Source: Mobula hypostoma
Taxonomy: Eukaryota
Direction of reading: 5' to 3'
DNA length: 64,000 nucleotides
Assembly: GCF_963921235.1 (NCBI RefSeq)
Contig: NC_086099.1
Location: forward strand, 77,066,001 to 77,130,000
The translations under genes and the position numbers were made by a program. Under the pieces are notes generated by a model. The model was not told where the DNA came from, did no database searches, and saw only the letters and a list, made by a program, of their open reading frames with translations. Within the stretch, counting starts at the first letter, position 1. Each line of letters begins with the position of its first letter. Shown here piece after piece: positions 1-12,860 of the stretch.

Positions 1-659
1 TCTATAACTTTACGGCTCTAATTAGCAGAATATGATACTAATCCTACAATTGTTATTGGATCCGAAATTTAATCCAGGTGCCCTTTGTAACTGAGAGTAA
101 ATATTTTTGTTTCAGCCTAAATATAGTCAGATGTCAATGATGCACATGGAAATCCAATTAACATTATTAACCTACAAACTTGCTCCTGAAGCAACTTCTG
201 GCCAATTTTCTGGTTGCACTTTCATCAGTTTAGCCTCAGCTTTAGGAACAGGCAATTGCTTACATCAGACATTTTTAGGACTTTGTACTAAATCACTTTT
301 CTTCTGATCGTGGTTTGACTCAACTTTGAATCCGCAAGAAGTCAAACGCATACCCAAGGTAAGAGCATTTAATTCATTACATAACTCACCAAAATAGGTA
401 ATTTCATGTGTTAATGTATAGTTAACTATTCAAAAAGTAATGAGCTCTAAGTTTAGATCATAAGATTAATTTTTAACTGAAGTTGCTGACTGAGCTGGTG
501 TCAAGTTGTACCACACTTGCCACCAGTTGACGAATACCGAAAGCTTTTTCCTGATACCCAACGGTACTTCAACATGCTTCTGAAATGCATTTTTCAAATT
601 CCTCTAGCTCTGTTTACTCTTCTTCTGATGAGAATAACCATTTTCATATAAGCGTCATA

Positions 660-835
660 AATGCAAGAGAGCCTGCAGATGCTAGAAATCCAGAAACAAC
701 ACACATAAAATGTTGGAATAATTCAGCATGCCAGTCCTAATAAAGGGTCTCAAACTAAAACATCCGCTTTCTGTTCTGTTTTAATGATGCTGTCTGACCT
801 GCTAAGTTACTCCAGCATTTTGTGTGCATTGCTCT
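660..835. mobile_element. Short Penelope-like (PLE) hairpin derivative with degenerate minimal hammerhead core
   Basis: Inverted arms (ACACAT-AAAATGTTGGA...TCCAGCATTTTGTGTG) match the PLE 3' ends at 54436-54560 and 56000-56095. The centre CCAGTCCTAATAAAGGGTCTCAAACTAAAACATC is a decayed CTGATGA..GAAAC GTC motif. Confidence 0.7.
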
Positions 836-924
836 GTAGATAAGTCTGCTGTATTAGAGGAGATAGTAGCTAAGATTCAAACTGAGAAAGGAAATTTAGG
901 AAACAGAAGTATGAGGAGAGCAGC

Positions 925-1112
925 TCCGTGGCCCATCAGGTAGTGCTGCTCCCTCTCAGTTCCAGTATCAAGGTTGAGTCCTGCTCCTTGGCCTTGGCGC
1001 TGTCTGTGAGGAGTTTACAAGCTTTCCCTCTGATTGTTTGGACTTCCTCTAGGCACTCAAGTTCCTTTCCACATACCATAAAAGGGTGCTGGTTAGGAAG
1101 ATGATTGACAGT
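925..1112 (+). mobile_element. tRNA-derived V-SINE (HE1-like), decayed
   Basis: tRNA-like head followed by a V-domain-like GCTGTCTGTGAGGAGTTT...TTCCTCTAGGCACTCAAGTTCCTTTCCACA. Confidence 0.6.
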
Positions 1113-2289
1113 TTGATGTCAATCATTCTGCTTTGAGTTACACGTGAGTAGTTCTCAAGAAACCACAGGAAGCAGGAGTTGGAAGGCAGTGAAGTGCAGC
1201 AAGACATTGGTTCATGGCAGGCAGCAACACACGTTTTAATGACCCAAACCAGCTGCATTTATCCTGGGAGTTTCAGAGTGAAGTGAGGGGGAGTGAAATG
1301 GGTGAGAGTGCAATACACACAGAGAAATCACAAATGGCTTGACAGTGCCAGAGAAGGAACAGAAAGAAACAGTTCAAAGAACCAGCTCACATCATCCTCA
1401 GATGATGTAGCCCTCAATAAGACAAAGAGACATAGCTGGAGCCATTACCACATCCTTTTAGAAAGGTGCTAAATGTTATTCTGAAATGCTTATTACTTAC
1501 CGTCTTTGTCAATGTACATTTTTTACAGCAAACATACTTCTTAAGAACTGCGAGCTCTGAGCAGAAAAGGTTCTGGTTAGTTACTAGAGATAATTACGTA
1601 CTTTCTAACAAGTGGTAATGAGAGTGAAGCAATCCATGGTTTTCTGTTGCACCATGGTGCATGGTTTTACCATGGAACACACAGCATTTCAATGATAATT
1701 ATAATGAAGCCCTTATAATATAAATCTTTGGAGGAAATCTTATTTTTGACCATTAAGGTCCTTACTCATTCTTGGATCCCTGTGTATAAAGGCTAAACTA
1801 TGCTGACCTTCACAACTTTCTCTGGGCAGGCCTATGTATATTTCTAGGGGAGAAGTATATACAGTACACATTAGATTAACGAATCACATTAGTAACACGT
1901 ATTGTTAGGCAAAAGCCTCATATAATTAATTTTGAACTTACTATTCATTCCATTTTTATAACATAACTTACATTTTAAGCCACAAAACTGTGATCAAAAT
2001 CCTTGGTGTATTATTTTTCTGATTATACTCTCGATGGTGGGAGAGTTTGCTGCTGATTTTCAAGCTGGAGAATCTTGGAATAAAAAGCAATGTGACAGAC
2101 TGTAATATCGTAACAGCAACTGTCAGTGTCCCCTTTCGCTGTAAAAATGGGTGATACCTCTCTGTCCCTTGTTAGTGTGACAGAGGGAGCCTGTGGCATG
2201 TCAAACTGTCAGGTAGCAATAGTTTTTGTTCACTGCAGAACATGGTCTCTCTCTGGGTGCTTGGCTATTCCTTGGTGGGTGATTATAGA

Positions 2290-3228
2290 CATCAGGAAGG
2301 GAAAGTCGTGAGAACATGAACCAGTCCTCATTGAGGGTCATCAGTGAAAAGGATTAGCATTTTTAAGTTCCTGGGCATCTATATTGCAGAGAAGGTACAG
2401 AATCCTGAAGGCACACACTCAGTTAATCACGGACAGATTCTTCCCCTCTGCCATCCAATTTCTAAATGGAGATTGAATCCATGAGAACGACATCACTTTA
2501 AAAAAAATTCTGCTTTTGCACTAACTTAAATGTAACAATTAAAATAAACTTATATTCTTACCATAATTCATTTATTTATTTTTTTCTATTTTTATCAGGT
2601 ATTTCATTTTACTGCTGCCGTTAAGTTAATAAATGTCACAACATATGCTGGTGATAATAAACCTAATTTTGAATCTTATTCTGATTTATCCTGGGTCCAA
2701 AATATTGATGCAATCATGAAGAAGACACATCGGTGGCTATATTTCATCACAAGTTTCAGGAGATAGAGTCACCAAAGACCTTAGTAAATTTATATAGATG
2801 TACCGTGGAGATCATTCTGACTGGTTACATCACAGTCCTGTATGGAGGCTCCACTGTACAGAATCAAAAGAGTTGCAGAAGGTTGTAGATGCATCTCGGG
2901 CACAAGCTTCCCTGCTATAGAGGATAGATTCAAGAGCTGGTGCCTTTTATTAAGGACCATTAAGTACCTGGAACATGCTCTCTCCTCATTTCTACCATCA
3001 GGGAGAAGGTACAGGAGGCTAAAGATACAACCTCAACTTTTGAGGAGCAGATTGTTCCCCTCCACTATCAGGTTTTTGAATAGAACATGAACCCATGAAG
3101 ACTACCTCACTATTCACATTTTGCACAATTGGTTTATTTTATTTTTTATTGTAACTTACAGTAACTTTTTATGTCTTGTACAGTATATATGCACATAATG
3201 TCAATGATAACAAACCTGAATTTGATTC
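2290..3228 (+). mobile_element. Rex1/Babar-type LINE 3' fragments (two pieces)
   Basis: Decayed RT C-terminal motifs (FKFLGI, ...LPSGRRYRRLK...RLFPSTIRFLN) and two 3' tails ending ATAA(C/T)AAACCT(G/A)A..T. Confidence 0.7.
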
Positions 3229-3524
3229 CTTTATTTCTTGATGTCAGAATGCAAGAGGCAATATTTCTACGGCAGCTTTACACTGACTACAACTCAGAGA
3301 CACAGAGATATATACAACACAAACAAGCCTTCAAGTATCATGAGTAGTTCTAAGCATATGAATTGTCAAATTAAAGGAACAAAATAAATGATCTACAATT
3401 ATATACCCTCAAATTAAAAGGACCGAGGAACTCTTTAATCAAAACTTAAGTAAGCCTGGAATTCCCAATAGCAATAAATTGCTCTCTATATTTCTATTCT
3501 GCTAAAAATAAATGTGTTAAAACA

Positions 3525-4912
3525 AAGTTCAAAGTAAATTGACTATCCAAGTATGTTACCCTTTGCAACCTGGAGATTCATTTTCTTGCAGGCTTTCACA
3601 GTAGAACAACGAAATACAATACAATCAATGAAAAAAAAACTGCACATAAATACTAACAAGTAACCAATGTGGAAAAGAAGACAAATTTTTTCAAACACAA
3701 AAAATAAATAAATAATACTGAGTTGCAGAGTCCTGAAGTTAAATCCATATGTTGTGGAATCAGTTCAAAGTTAAAGTTATTCATGCTGGTTCAGGAGCTT
3801 GACGGCTGAAAGGGTAATAACTGTACCTGAACCTGGTGGTGTGAGATGCAAGGCTTCTGCACCTCTTATCCAATGGCAGCAGTGAGAAGAGAGCATGACC
3901 TAGATGGTGGAGGTCCTTGATGATGCTGTTCTGAGATAGTACCTCTTGTTAATGTGCTCACTAGTAGGGAGGGCTTTTCCTGTGATGGACCGGGCTGTAT
4001 CCATCAATTTTTTTCTGGCTTTTCCATTCTTGGGCATTGTTGAATTGAATTAAATTGTGAAGTTGAACAGAGCTCGCAACACAGCTGCCTTACGTGATGC
4101 CACCTTGATCCTTGTGGTTTCCACACTAGGCCGTTATGCAACCATTCAGGATACTCCCCACTGTGCATCTGTAGACAATTGTTGAAGTTCAGATTGCATG
4201 CCGAATCTGCTCAAACAGCTAAGAAAGTAGAAGTGTTGTCATGCCTTTGTTGTAATGGCAGTTACGTATTCATCAGATGCTCTGATATTATAACGTCCAG
4301 TAATTTAAAGTTACTGATTCTCTCCACCCTGATCGCCTAATGAGGACTGTCTTGTGGATCTCCAGTTTCTTCCTTCTGTAGTCAAAAATCAGTCTTTGCT
4401 TTTGCTGACAGTGAGTGAGAGGTCGTTGTTGTAGCACCATTCAACCACATTTTCCATCTCCCTCCTATATGCCAAGTCACCACCACCTTTGATTCGACCA
4501 AGAGCAGTGGAGTCAATAAGCTTAAGTATTGCACTGGAGCTGCACTTTGCCTCCCAGTCATAGGTATAAAGTGAGTAGAGCAGGGGGCTAAGCACAAATC
4601 CTTGAGCTGCACTCATGCTCATGACAAATGTGGAGGAGATGTTGTTGCCAATCTGTAGTGACTGGGGTCTGTAAGAGAGGAAATTCAGGGTCCAGTTACA
4701 CAAGGAGGTATTGAGGCTGAGGTCTTGGAGCTTAGTGATTAGTTTTGAGGGGATGGTAGTGCTGAATGCTGCGCTGTAATCAATAAAGAGCATCCTGATG
4801 TATGCATTTTCATTCTCCAGGTGTTTCAGAGCTGAGTGAAGAGCCAATGAAAGAGCATCTGCTGTTGACCTGATGTGATGATGGGCAAATTGGAGCAGAC
4901 CCAAGTCTCTCC
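3525..4912 (-). mobile_element. Rex1/Babar-type LINE fragment (RT), 5'-truncated
   Basis: ORF 4389-4904 reads LQFA...RSTADAL...RMLFIDYSAAFSTTIP...QGFVLSPLLYSLYT. The TTTACTTTGAACTTTG tail lies at ~3525. Confidence 0.85.
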
Positions 4913-5486
4913 TTCGTAAAACAGTAAAAAGTATAAAAAGATCAAATACACTTACTGTGCATTAACTCAATTAATGGCAAAAAAGTAAACTAATTGAAGC
5001 TTCCTTTCTGGCTCACTGTCATTCCTCTCCATTGAAATGAAATGATTTGTTGAACCGACGACAAAGATAACGTTGGAAACTGGAAGATATTGGTATTGTA
5101 AACACAGTATGTAAATAACTACTTAAACATTACAAAGTTTGCAACTTCCATATTTGCATATAAGTGTCAAGTTTCCTGACACTTATAAAGGAAAATGCCG
5201 GTGGTTCTTGATAATTAAAAAAAAATTGCAGAGTTGCAAACTTGAATTAAAAGTGAAAATGCTTGAGGCAATCAGCAGGATTGTGGAAAAGAAATGGGGT
5301 GTATGGGGTGTATGGGAGGGGTAGCACTTCTGGTGGGGGAACATGTCGCGTCCTTTTCAGGGCAGTTAGTCCACCTTTGGTCCCCACCTGGCACTCAGCT
5401 CTCACCTGTGGCTCCCCGTAGCTGTTTGCATGCAGCAGCGGCCATACCCCGGCAACGGCTTCGACAAGCCGGCTAAACCAGGTGAG

Positions 5487-7934
5487 CAACACACATCAAA
5501 ATTGCTGGTGAACGCAGCAGGCCAGGCAGCATCTGTAGCATCCTGGGTCCTCAGAGGCTCCATCTTCTTCTCATCCCAACTCTCCCCTCTCCACTGACAC
5601 CCCCAGCCTCCTCCCTCCCTCCTCTGATCCCAGCTCTCAAGATTCCAGCCTTGAACTCCAGGCCGGGTCTTTATGTGCTGCTGTTGTGACTCCCGTCTCC
5701 CCTTCCCCCACCACTACTCCGCAGCCCCATCTTCCTCAGATCCCACCGTCAACTCCTGGGCCCTCAGAGGCTCCATCTTCCTCTCACCCCAACCCTCCCC
5801 TCTCCACTGACACCCCCAGCCTCCCCCTCCCCCCTCTGATCCCAGCTCTCATCCGTGCCGGGTCTTTACCATCCCCTCCGACCTTCAACTGTCGGAGGCA
5901 GAACGCTCTGTTCTCAGTAAGGGCCTCACGTTTGTCCCCCTTCGCCCACACCTCAGCAAGTTCCGTGTTCGCCATGATGCGGAACTTTTCTTCCGCCATC
6001 TCCGTCTCCGAGCCTACTTCTTCGGCAAGGACTCTTCCAACCCCACCGATGACCCCCTTCTCCCATCTTCAACCCTCCTCTTCTTCATGGACACCCCGCT
6101 CTGGTCTTCTGCCTGCTCTGGATCCCTTTATCGCTAATTGCCGACGGGACATCAACCGTCTCGACTTCACCGCACCTTGTCCCCATTCCAACCTCACTCC
6201 TTCGGAACGCTCTGCTCTCCACTCCCTCCGCACTAATCCTAACCTTATTATTAAACCCGCCGATAAGGGGGGTGCTGTTGTAGTCTGGCGCACTGACCTC
6301 TACCTTGCCGAGGCACAGCGACAACTCACGGATACCTCCTCTTATTTACCCCTCGATCGTGACCCCACTAAGGAGCACCAGGCCATTGTCTCCAACACCA
6401 TCACCGACTTTATCCGCTCAGGGGATCTCCCATCCACTGCTACCAACCTTATAGTTCCCACGCCCAGCACTTCCCGTTTCTACCTCCTACCCAAGATCCA
6501 CAAACCTGCCTGTCCTGGCCGACCTATTGTCTCAGCTTGCTCCTGCCCCACCGAACTCGTTTCTGCATACCTCGACACAGTTTTATCACCCCTTGTTCAA
6601 TCCCTTCCTACCTATGTTCGTGACACTTCTCACGCTCTTAAACTTTTCGATGATTTTAAGTTCCCTGGCCCCCACCGCTTTATTTTCACCATGGATGTCC
6701 AGTCCTTATATACTTCCATCCCCCATCAGGAAGGTCTCAAAGCTCTACGCTTCTTTTTGGATTCCAGACCTAATCAGTTCCCCTCTACCACCACTCTGCT
6801 CCGTCTAGCGGAATTAGTTCTTAATCTTAATAATTTCTCGTTTGGCTCCTCCCACTTCCTCCAAACTAAAGGTGTAGCTATGGGCACCCGTATGGGTCCT
6901 AGCTATGCCTGCCTTTTTGTTGGGTTTGTGGAACAATCTATGTTCCGTGCCTATTCTGGTATCTGTCCCCCACTTTTCCTTCGCTACATCGACGACTGCA
7001 TTGGCGCTGCTTCCTGCACGCATGCAGAACTCGTTGACTTTATTAACTTTGCCTCCAACTTTCACCCTGCCTTCAAGTTTACCTGGTCCATTTCCGACAC
7101 CTCCCTCCCCTTTCTAGATCTTTCTGTCTCTGTCTCTGGAGACAGCTTATCCACTGATGTCTACTATAAGCCTACTGACTCTCACAGCTATCTGGACTAT
7201 TCCTCTTCTCACCCTGTCTCTTGCAAAAGCGCCATCCCCTTCTCGCAATTCCTCCTTCTCCACCGCATCTGCTCTCAAGATGAGGCTTTTCATTCTAGGA
7301 CAAGGGAGATGTCTTCCTTTTTTAAAAAAAGGGGCTTCCCTTCCTCCACTATCAACTCTGCTCTTCAACGCATCTCCCCCATTTCACATACATCTGCTCT
7401 CACTCCATCCTCCCGCCACCCCACTAGGAATAGGGTTCCCCTGGTCCTCACCTACCACCCCACCAACCTCCGGGTCCAACATATTATTCTCCGTAACTTC
7501 CGCCACCTCCAACGGGATCCCACCACTAAGCACATCTTTCCCTCCCCGCCTCTCTCTGCATTCCGCAGGGATCGCTCCCTACACAACTCCCTTGTCCATT
7601 CGTCCCCCCCATCCCTCCCCACTGATCTCCCTCCTGGCACTTATCCGTGTAAGCAGAACAAGTGCTACACATGCCCTTACACTTCCTCCCTTACCACCAT
7701 TCAGGGCCCCAAACAGTCCTTCCAGGTGAGGCAACACTTCACCTGTGAGTCGACTGGGGTGATATACTGCGTCCGGTGCTCCCGATGTGGCCTTTAATAT
7801 ATAGGCGAGACCCGACGCAGACTGGGAGTCCGCTTTGCTGAACATCTACGCTCTGTCCACCAGAGAAAGCAGGATCTCCCAGTGGCCACACATTTTAATT
7901 CCACATCCCATTCCCATTCTGACATGTCTATCCA
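5487..7934 (+). mobile_element. Penelope-like retroelement (Neptune-type), 3'-truncated, with inverted pLTR piece at the 5' end
   Basis: RT plus GIY-YIG ORF. 5487-5537 is the reverse complement of the PLE 3' terminus, and 5538-5640 duplicates 5752-5850. Confidence 0.92.
5860..7934 (+). pseudogene. PLE reverse transcriptase / GIY-YIG endonuclease polyprotein (one frameshift, one stop, truncated)
   Basis: N-terminal LSEAERSVLSKGLTFVP in an alternative frame (shift at the C-run ~6053), then IIKPADKGGAVVV, FYLLPKIHK, GRPIVS, MDVQSLYTSIP, GVAMGTRMGPSYA, LRYIDD, linker CKQNKCYTC, and GVIYCVRCSRCGL*YIGET...RFAEH. Confidence 0.92.
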
Positions 7935-8640
7935 GCATGTGAAGACAGACTCCGGCGGATTGAATGGACGAGACCAGTGGAAGGTCCAACGGTCAAGAAG
8001 GCGGTCTCTGCAAACGTTGTGGAACGTGTAGAGCAGGACAAGACACAGAAGACGTCCTGGTCATCCACTGCGCCTAGTCCCACCTCCAGCCATCTAGACT
8101 CTGTCTTGCCACTGGATCCAGATGGGAATTGGGAAGAGAGAGTGAGGCTAGCGCTGCACAACTCTCCCTCACTTAAATCCAAATCACGCGCTAGTCTGGA
8201 CACCATCATTATGGTGTCGAGGTCCTCATCGATGCCAACGATGGACGAACAACCAACCAAAAGAAATAAAATCAACTTCTTAGGCTGAAAATGCTGTTTC
8301 CGTTCTAATAAAGAGTCTTCAGCCTGAAGTGTTAGCACTGCTTCTCTTTTCACAGATCCTTTCTGACCTGCTGACTGTTTCTGTATTTTCTGCTCTGTGC
8401 TGTTGATTTTAGTAGGTCTGATTTTATTTTCCAGGAACCTCTAAACCATTAAGGGAACTGGTAGCTGAGATAGGGAGAAAGTGTTTCATTTGTTTAGGGA
8501 GCCCTGGATTAGGATTCAGAGGAGCAGATATTCTTCTTTAGTTGCATGTTTAGTATAAACTTCATAATGTAGTAGCACATGTGCATTGTGTTCAATGCTT
8601 CTGCAAGCTATTCTATTCACCACACTAAAAAAAGTCCACC

Positions 8641-9169
8641 TACGAGGGGTGATTGATAAGTTTGTAGCCTAAGATAGAAAGAGTCAATATTAGAAAACCT
8701 AGCACATTTATTTTTCAACATTGTCCCCTCCTATATCTACACACTTAGTCCAGTGGTCGTGGAGCATACGGATCCCTTCTTTGTAGAATTCAACATCTTG
8801 GACCTCCAGAAAGTGGTCCACAGCAGGGGTGATTGATAAGTTTGTGGCCTAAGGTAGAAGGAGATGAGTTATTAACTTCAAACTTTCTGCATAATTACTC
8901 AAAGAGGTGAACTGCACGTGCATGTAACAAGAGCTGTATAACTTATCTCCTTCTACCTTAGGCCACAAACTTATCAATCACCCTTGCTGTGGACCACTTT
9001 CTGGAGGTCCAAGACGCCGACTTCTACAAAGAAGGGATCTGTATGCTCCACGACCACTGGACCCAGTGTGTAAATGTAGGAGGGGACTATGTTGAAAAAT
9101 GAATGTGCTAGGTTTTCTAAAGTTGACTCCTTCTACCTTAGGCCACAAACTTATAAATCATCCATCGTA
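8641..9169. mobile_element. Mariner-derived palindromic MITE with four TIR copies
   Basis: TA-flanked, with TIR CGAGGGGTGATTGATAAGTTTGTGGCCTAAGGTAGAAGGAG. The arms encode the mariner transposase C-terminus QDADFYKEGICMLHDHWTQCVNVGGDYVEK*. Confidence 0.9.
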
Positions 9170-11220
9170 CTGTGTGGGCAAATTTCCACCACATTGTCTA
9201 ATTTTGAAAGCTTGATTGTTTAAGGATTAAGGCAGAGAATCCACCTGCATAGAAAGACTGATAGTTTTGAAAATCTTTTCAACAAATTATAATCAATGTA
9301 AAGTGGTAAGTTATTTTTAAATTTGTGATTTATAGATTTTAGTTAAGCAAATATTCTAAGTGAAATATCACTCATTCACGTACATGGAGTTGAATCCCAG
9401 TTCAGCTATAATTTTATTGGATGGCCAACGAAACTCAGCCTTAAGGGCAATTCATCCACTCCTATTCCCATGTTTATGCATGCCTACCAAATCCTCCCAA
9501 AGTTTACAGCCCATTCCACTACAGCATGGTTCCTTGAGTATCTTCTCTAACCCATTAAATTACTCAGATGGTTCTCAGATCCCCTTGGTCCTGGCAAGCT
9601 AAATAAATTCTGTATTTTGAATTCCCTCAATTATTTCCACAAGTGGAATTCAATAGAGGAAGAGTCTCCGATGATAATCTCAGAATTGTGTCTTTACTTG
9701 ATCTGCACTGGCAGATTGAATGTGGAGAACCCTGGGACATGTATCACTAGACTATATATGACTGTGCTTCTTTAGTTCATTACAAATATCCCTTTTCCTA
9801 AGATCCCAATTTCAGAGCCAGTTTTAGAATTCAAAAAGCCCATCCCTTCAATGAGTACAGCCAGCACTCATATCATGAATATTGAAATTTGTTGTGTCCA
9901 CATCTTCCCAATTTGGGACTCCTCAGTTCCATCATTCAGCTGTTGGTCTCTTTGGAGGAGATCATGAAATTGGAAACTTCACCAAGCACAGCACTCTGAG
10001 CTAGCCTGTTGAAGGGTTTGTTCTTGATCTTACTGGAGGTTAAAAACAAAGATTGCAGATTGCATATTATTGTTCCGTTATCATTTGATAAAGCAGAGAT
10101 AAGGGTAGTACTTGTTGACAGTACCATTATATCCATGTATGGCACTAGAAAAACATCATGCATTCTAAATTAAGTCAAACCCAGGTGACTTTTGTCCAAC
10201 TTCCTCTCTGGAAGAACACCTACAGGAAAGAGGGACCATCTTATTAAAATGTGAATAGCAGCTATGATGCATAATCAACCCATAAAGTAGATATTGTAAA
10301 CTCAAATTTCCAGACTGTGATGTTAGTCTTGACTTTTCTCTTTACAGATAGTACTTGGTGTTTACACAGGAAATAGGTTAGATAATCAAACACCCAAATC
10401 ATAGTTGATTTTAATACTCAAAAACTAACCACAATTGCATGAAGACTTAAGCAAAAGGAAACCATAACTCCTTTAGTGGATAGCAATAATAATGAAATGT
10501 GATTGGGAATTCAGACTTCCTATCGATAGGTGCAGACTATTGAATTTTATGAAGTGCTTATTTAAAACAAATCACAAGAAAATTAAAACATGTGGTTTGG
10601 AAGACCTTTCAAGGAATAGTGCTGAGCATGTGGAACAAATGCATAACCAAGTCAGCAAGCTCCTAAATGGATTAACAAGCAAATTAAAAAGCAAAATAAA
10701 GAAACAAATAAAGACTTCAATAAATTTTGATATAAATAGGAAATGTGTTATATATACATATATATATATAAAAGAATAAACCAAAAGCTTGAGGTGAGAG
10801 AATAAAATAAATTGAATGTATTGCAATACTCAAAAGACTTTCAGATAGGAATAGTTTTGAAATTGAGGATGAGCAGTAGCTAACAAATTATTCTTTTCAC
10901 AAAGTTTGAACAACTTATACTTGATCCATGTATCAGGCATGTTTAAGGCCTCATCTGCAAGTTTTATCTACCCCAAGTCAGACATTACCAATTTGATTCA
11001 GATTGATGTCCAGTCGAAGATGCATTTGTAACGGGACAAGTGCAGACCATAGCAAGGTGGGTTTTAGGATTATAATTAGGTGAATATTGATTATGTTGTA
11101 TGCCTTAGTTCAAAGGAGGTCCTGCTATAGCTGATCTTCTTTCCAGCAGATGCTACATCCTGATACTTCAACTCACTAATACCTTTCTACGTAATCTCCA
11201 CTCCTTTCTCATGCACTACA

Positions 11221-11690
11221 AAGAAAAACATCAAGAACTCACTGACTTTATTTTTAAAAGTTGAAATTATTAATATTGAACAAATACACACCCTTCCCCC
11301 AACACGGACCTACCCCCATCCCAATCCTTCATTCAGCATTGAGATCTTGTTCCACTTATTGTTACCACAGTTCCAATATTGGGTCGACCTTAAACCCTGT
11401 GAGGAGCCAAAGTCAAGTTGTACCTGGATCTTTAGGCCAATGCCTTTGAAAAGATTGGTTATATTGTATATGTGTAGTGCAGGTTTAGACATTTAGGTTT
11501 AATTTAGCCATTTCAATTTGCAGTTTATTTCACTGATTCTCTTTAAATGATCCAAATCAGAAAACTGGGAATTTTTGTTCTGGTGCATTAATACTGTGAA
11601 ACAAGGTTTCAAGACGTTTCCATTAATTTTTTTGTAATTTGGGCTTTGAAAAATAAAATCAGTGACATGAGTCCTTGATGTTTTTTTTTT
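11221..11690. repeat. ~45-bp inverted repeat pair
   Basis: AAAAACATCAAGAACTCACTGACTTTATTTTTAAAAG (11224-11260) is the approximate reverse complement of 11644-11690. Confidence 0.6.
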
Positions 11691-12591
11691 GGTTATGAGC
11701 AGAATAAATGAATGTTATAATATTCTAGCAGAAAAAAGACTTGTCTCAGACAAAGCCTGAGCAGCTTATGATTTGAAGCTTTAGAGATCCCTGACTTGAT
11801 GCTAGATTTTGGCAGTGGGAGATTCCATTTGAATCCAGCAGCATATTTTTTAGCAATATGAGTTTTGTGCCAGTCAGCCCATATACCCTGAGGAAAACCT
11901 TCAAGAACAATAAAACAAAAAAGATTCTATGCAGCTTTTTATAAAGAATCTCTGAATAGCATTCCCATTAGATGCAGTTCTTTGTGTGTAACTTATTTTT
12001 ATAGTTATGAAAGAGTCCATAAAGATAACGATTTGAAAAAAAATCCATATAATTCTGATTTTGTTTCAAAAGTCTCTTTGTTATTAAAATGACAAGAAAA
12101 CTTCTAAAATAGAAATTCCATTTCAATTTAGCAAATGTATTTTTGATCCCATATGCACTATAAAAGTGTGCAATGCTCATATAATAGATATTGTATAACG
12201 CACTGAGTTCCAGTCCTCTTCACCACCACCAAGCGTAGCCTGTGGTACATTAATTTGCATATTTCACATGTTGTTACACATTTTCTGTTTTAATTAGATC
12301 TTGTTTAGAGGCAGTCACCCATATATCCTGACAGGAAGCAGTTGCTGATTACCCCTTCTTATTTACCCAGCTGAGTTGCTCATTTGGTGTAGCTGCTGAG
12401 GCCTAATCTTATCCATCTCCTTCCTGTTCACTTCATCCCTCCCTCAGTTGACCTGATCGATGATGCCCATGGATGAGCTATCATTACACCTTTGCAATCT
12501 CTCCCAAAATGTTTGCTGAAATGTGAATAATGGCTTTGCCCTCAAGAGACTGCTGTGGAGGAACTTGGCCTTGATGGGAACTTGGTGGTTG

Positions 12592-12860
12592 TAGTCTCAT
12601 AGAGTCATAAGCAATACTGCATGGATAGAGGCTCTTCAGCCCAACCTGTCCATGCTGACCATGATGCCCAGCCCTCCATGTAGTCACCCAAGTGCTCCTT
12701 AAACACTATTATTATACCTGCCTCAACCATTTTTTCTGGCAGCTCATCCCCTATATTTACTGCCCTCTTCATGAAAAAAGGTGCCCCTGAGGTTACATAT
12801 TTTGGCTTCTCACCCTAAATCTATGGCCCTTAGTTTTGGCGTCCTCTATCCTGAAAAAAT
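12592..12860 (-). mobile_element. CR1 LINE 3' end fragment
   Basis: CR1-type 3' UTR (GGCTGAAGAGCCT...TATGACTCTATGA tail) preceded by a decayed RT C-terminus. Confidence 0.65.

Larger units (their letters stand above)
5296..8258 (+). mobile_element. Non-autonomous retroposon (RTE-related SINE-like), split by a Penelope insertion into 5296-5486 and 7935-8258
   Basis: 9-bp target-site duplication AAAAGAAAT at 5287-5295 and 8259-8267, and a (CAAC)n tail. The RTE relationship is inferred from resemblance only. Confidence 0.6.

Noticed and set aside
279-358. Possible exon ending CCCAAG|GTAAGA
   Set aside because: Stops in all three frames from the nearest acceptor and no recognisable product.
1633-1676. 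CCATGG-rich palindromic cluster (TGCACCATGGTGCA)
   Set aside because: Too short, and consistent with local micro-duplication.
7795-7797. Programmed readthrough/selenocysteine in the PLE ORF
   Set aside because: The stop is TAA, not TGA, and the homologous codon in the 55490 copy is Leu, so this is a simple nonsense mutation.
7928-8353. ORFs of 103-141 aa on both strands
   Set aside because: They lie within the SINE-like element and have no recognisable domain.
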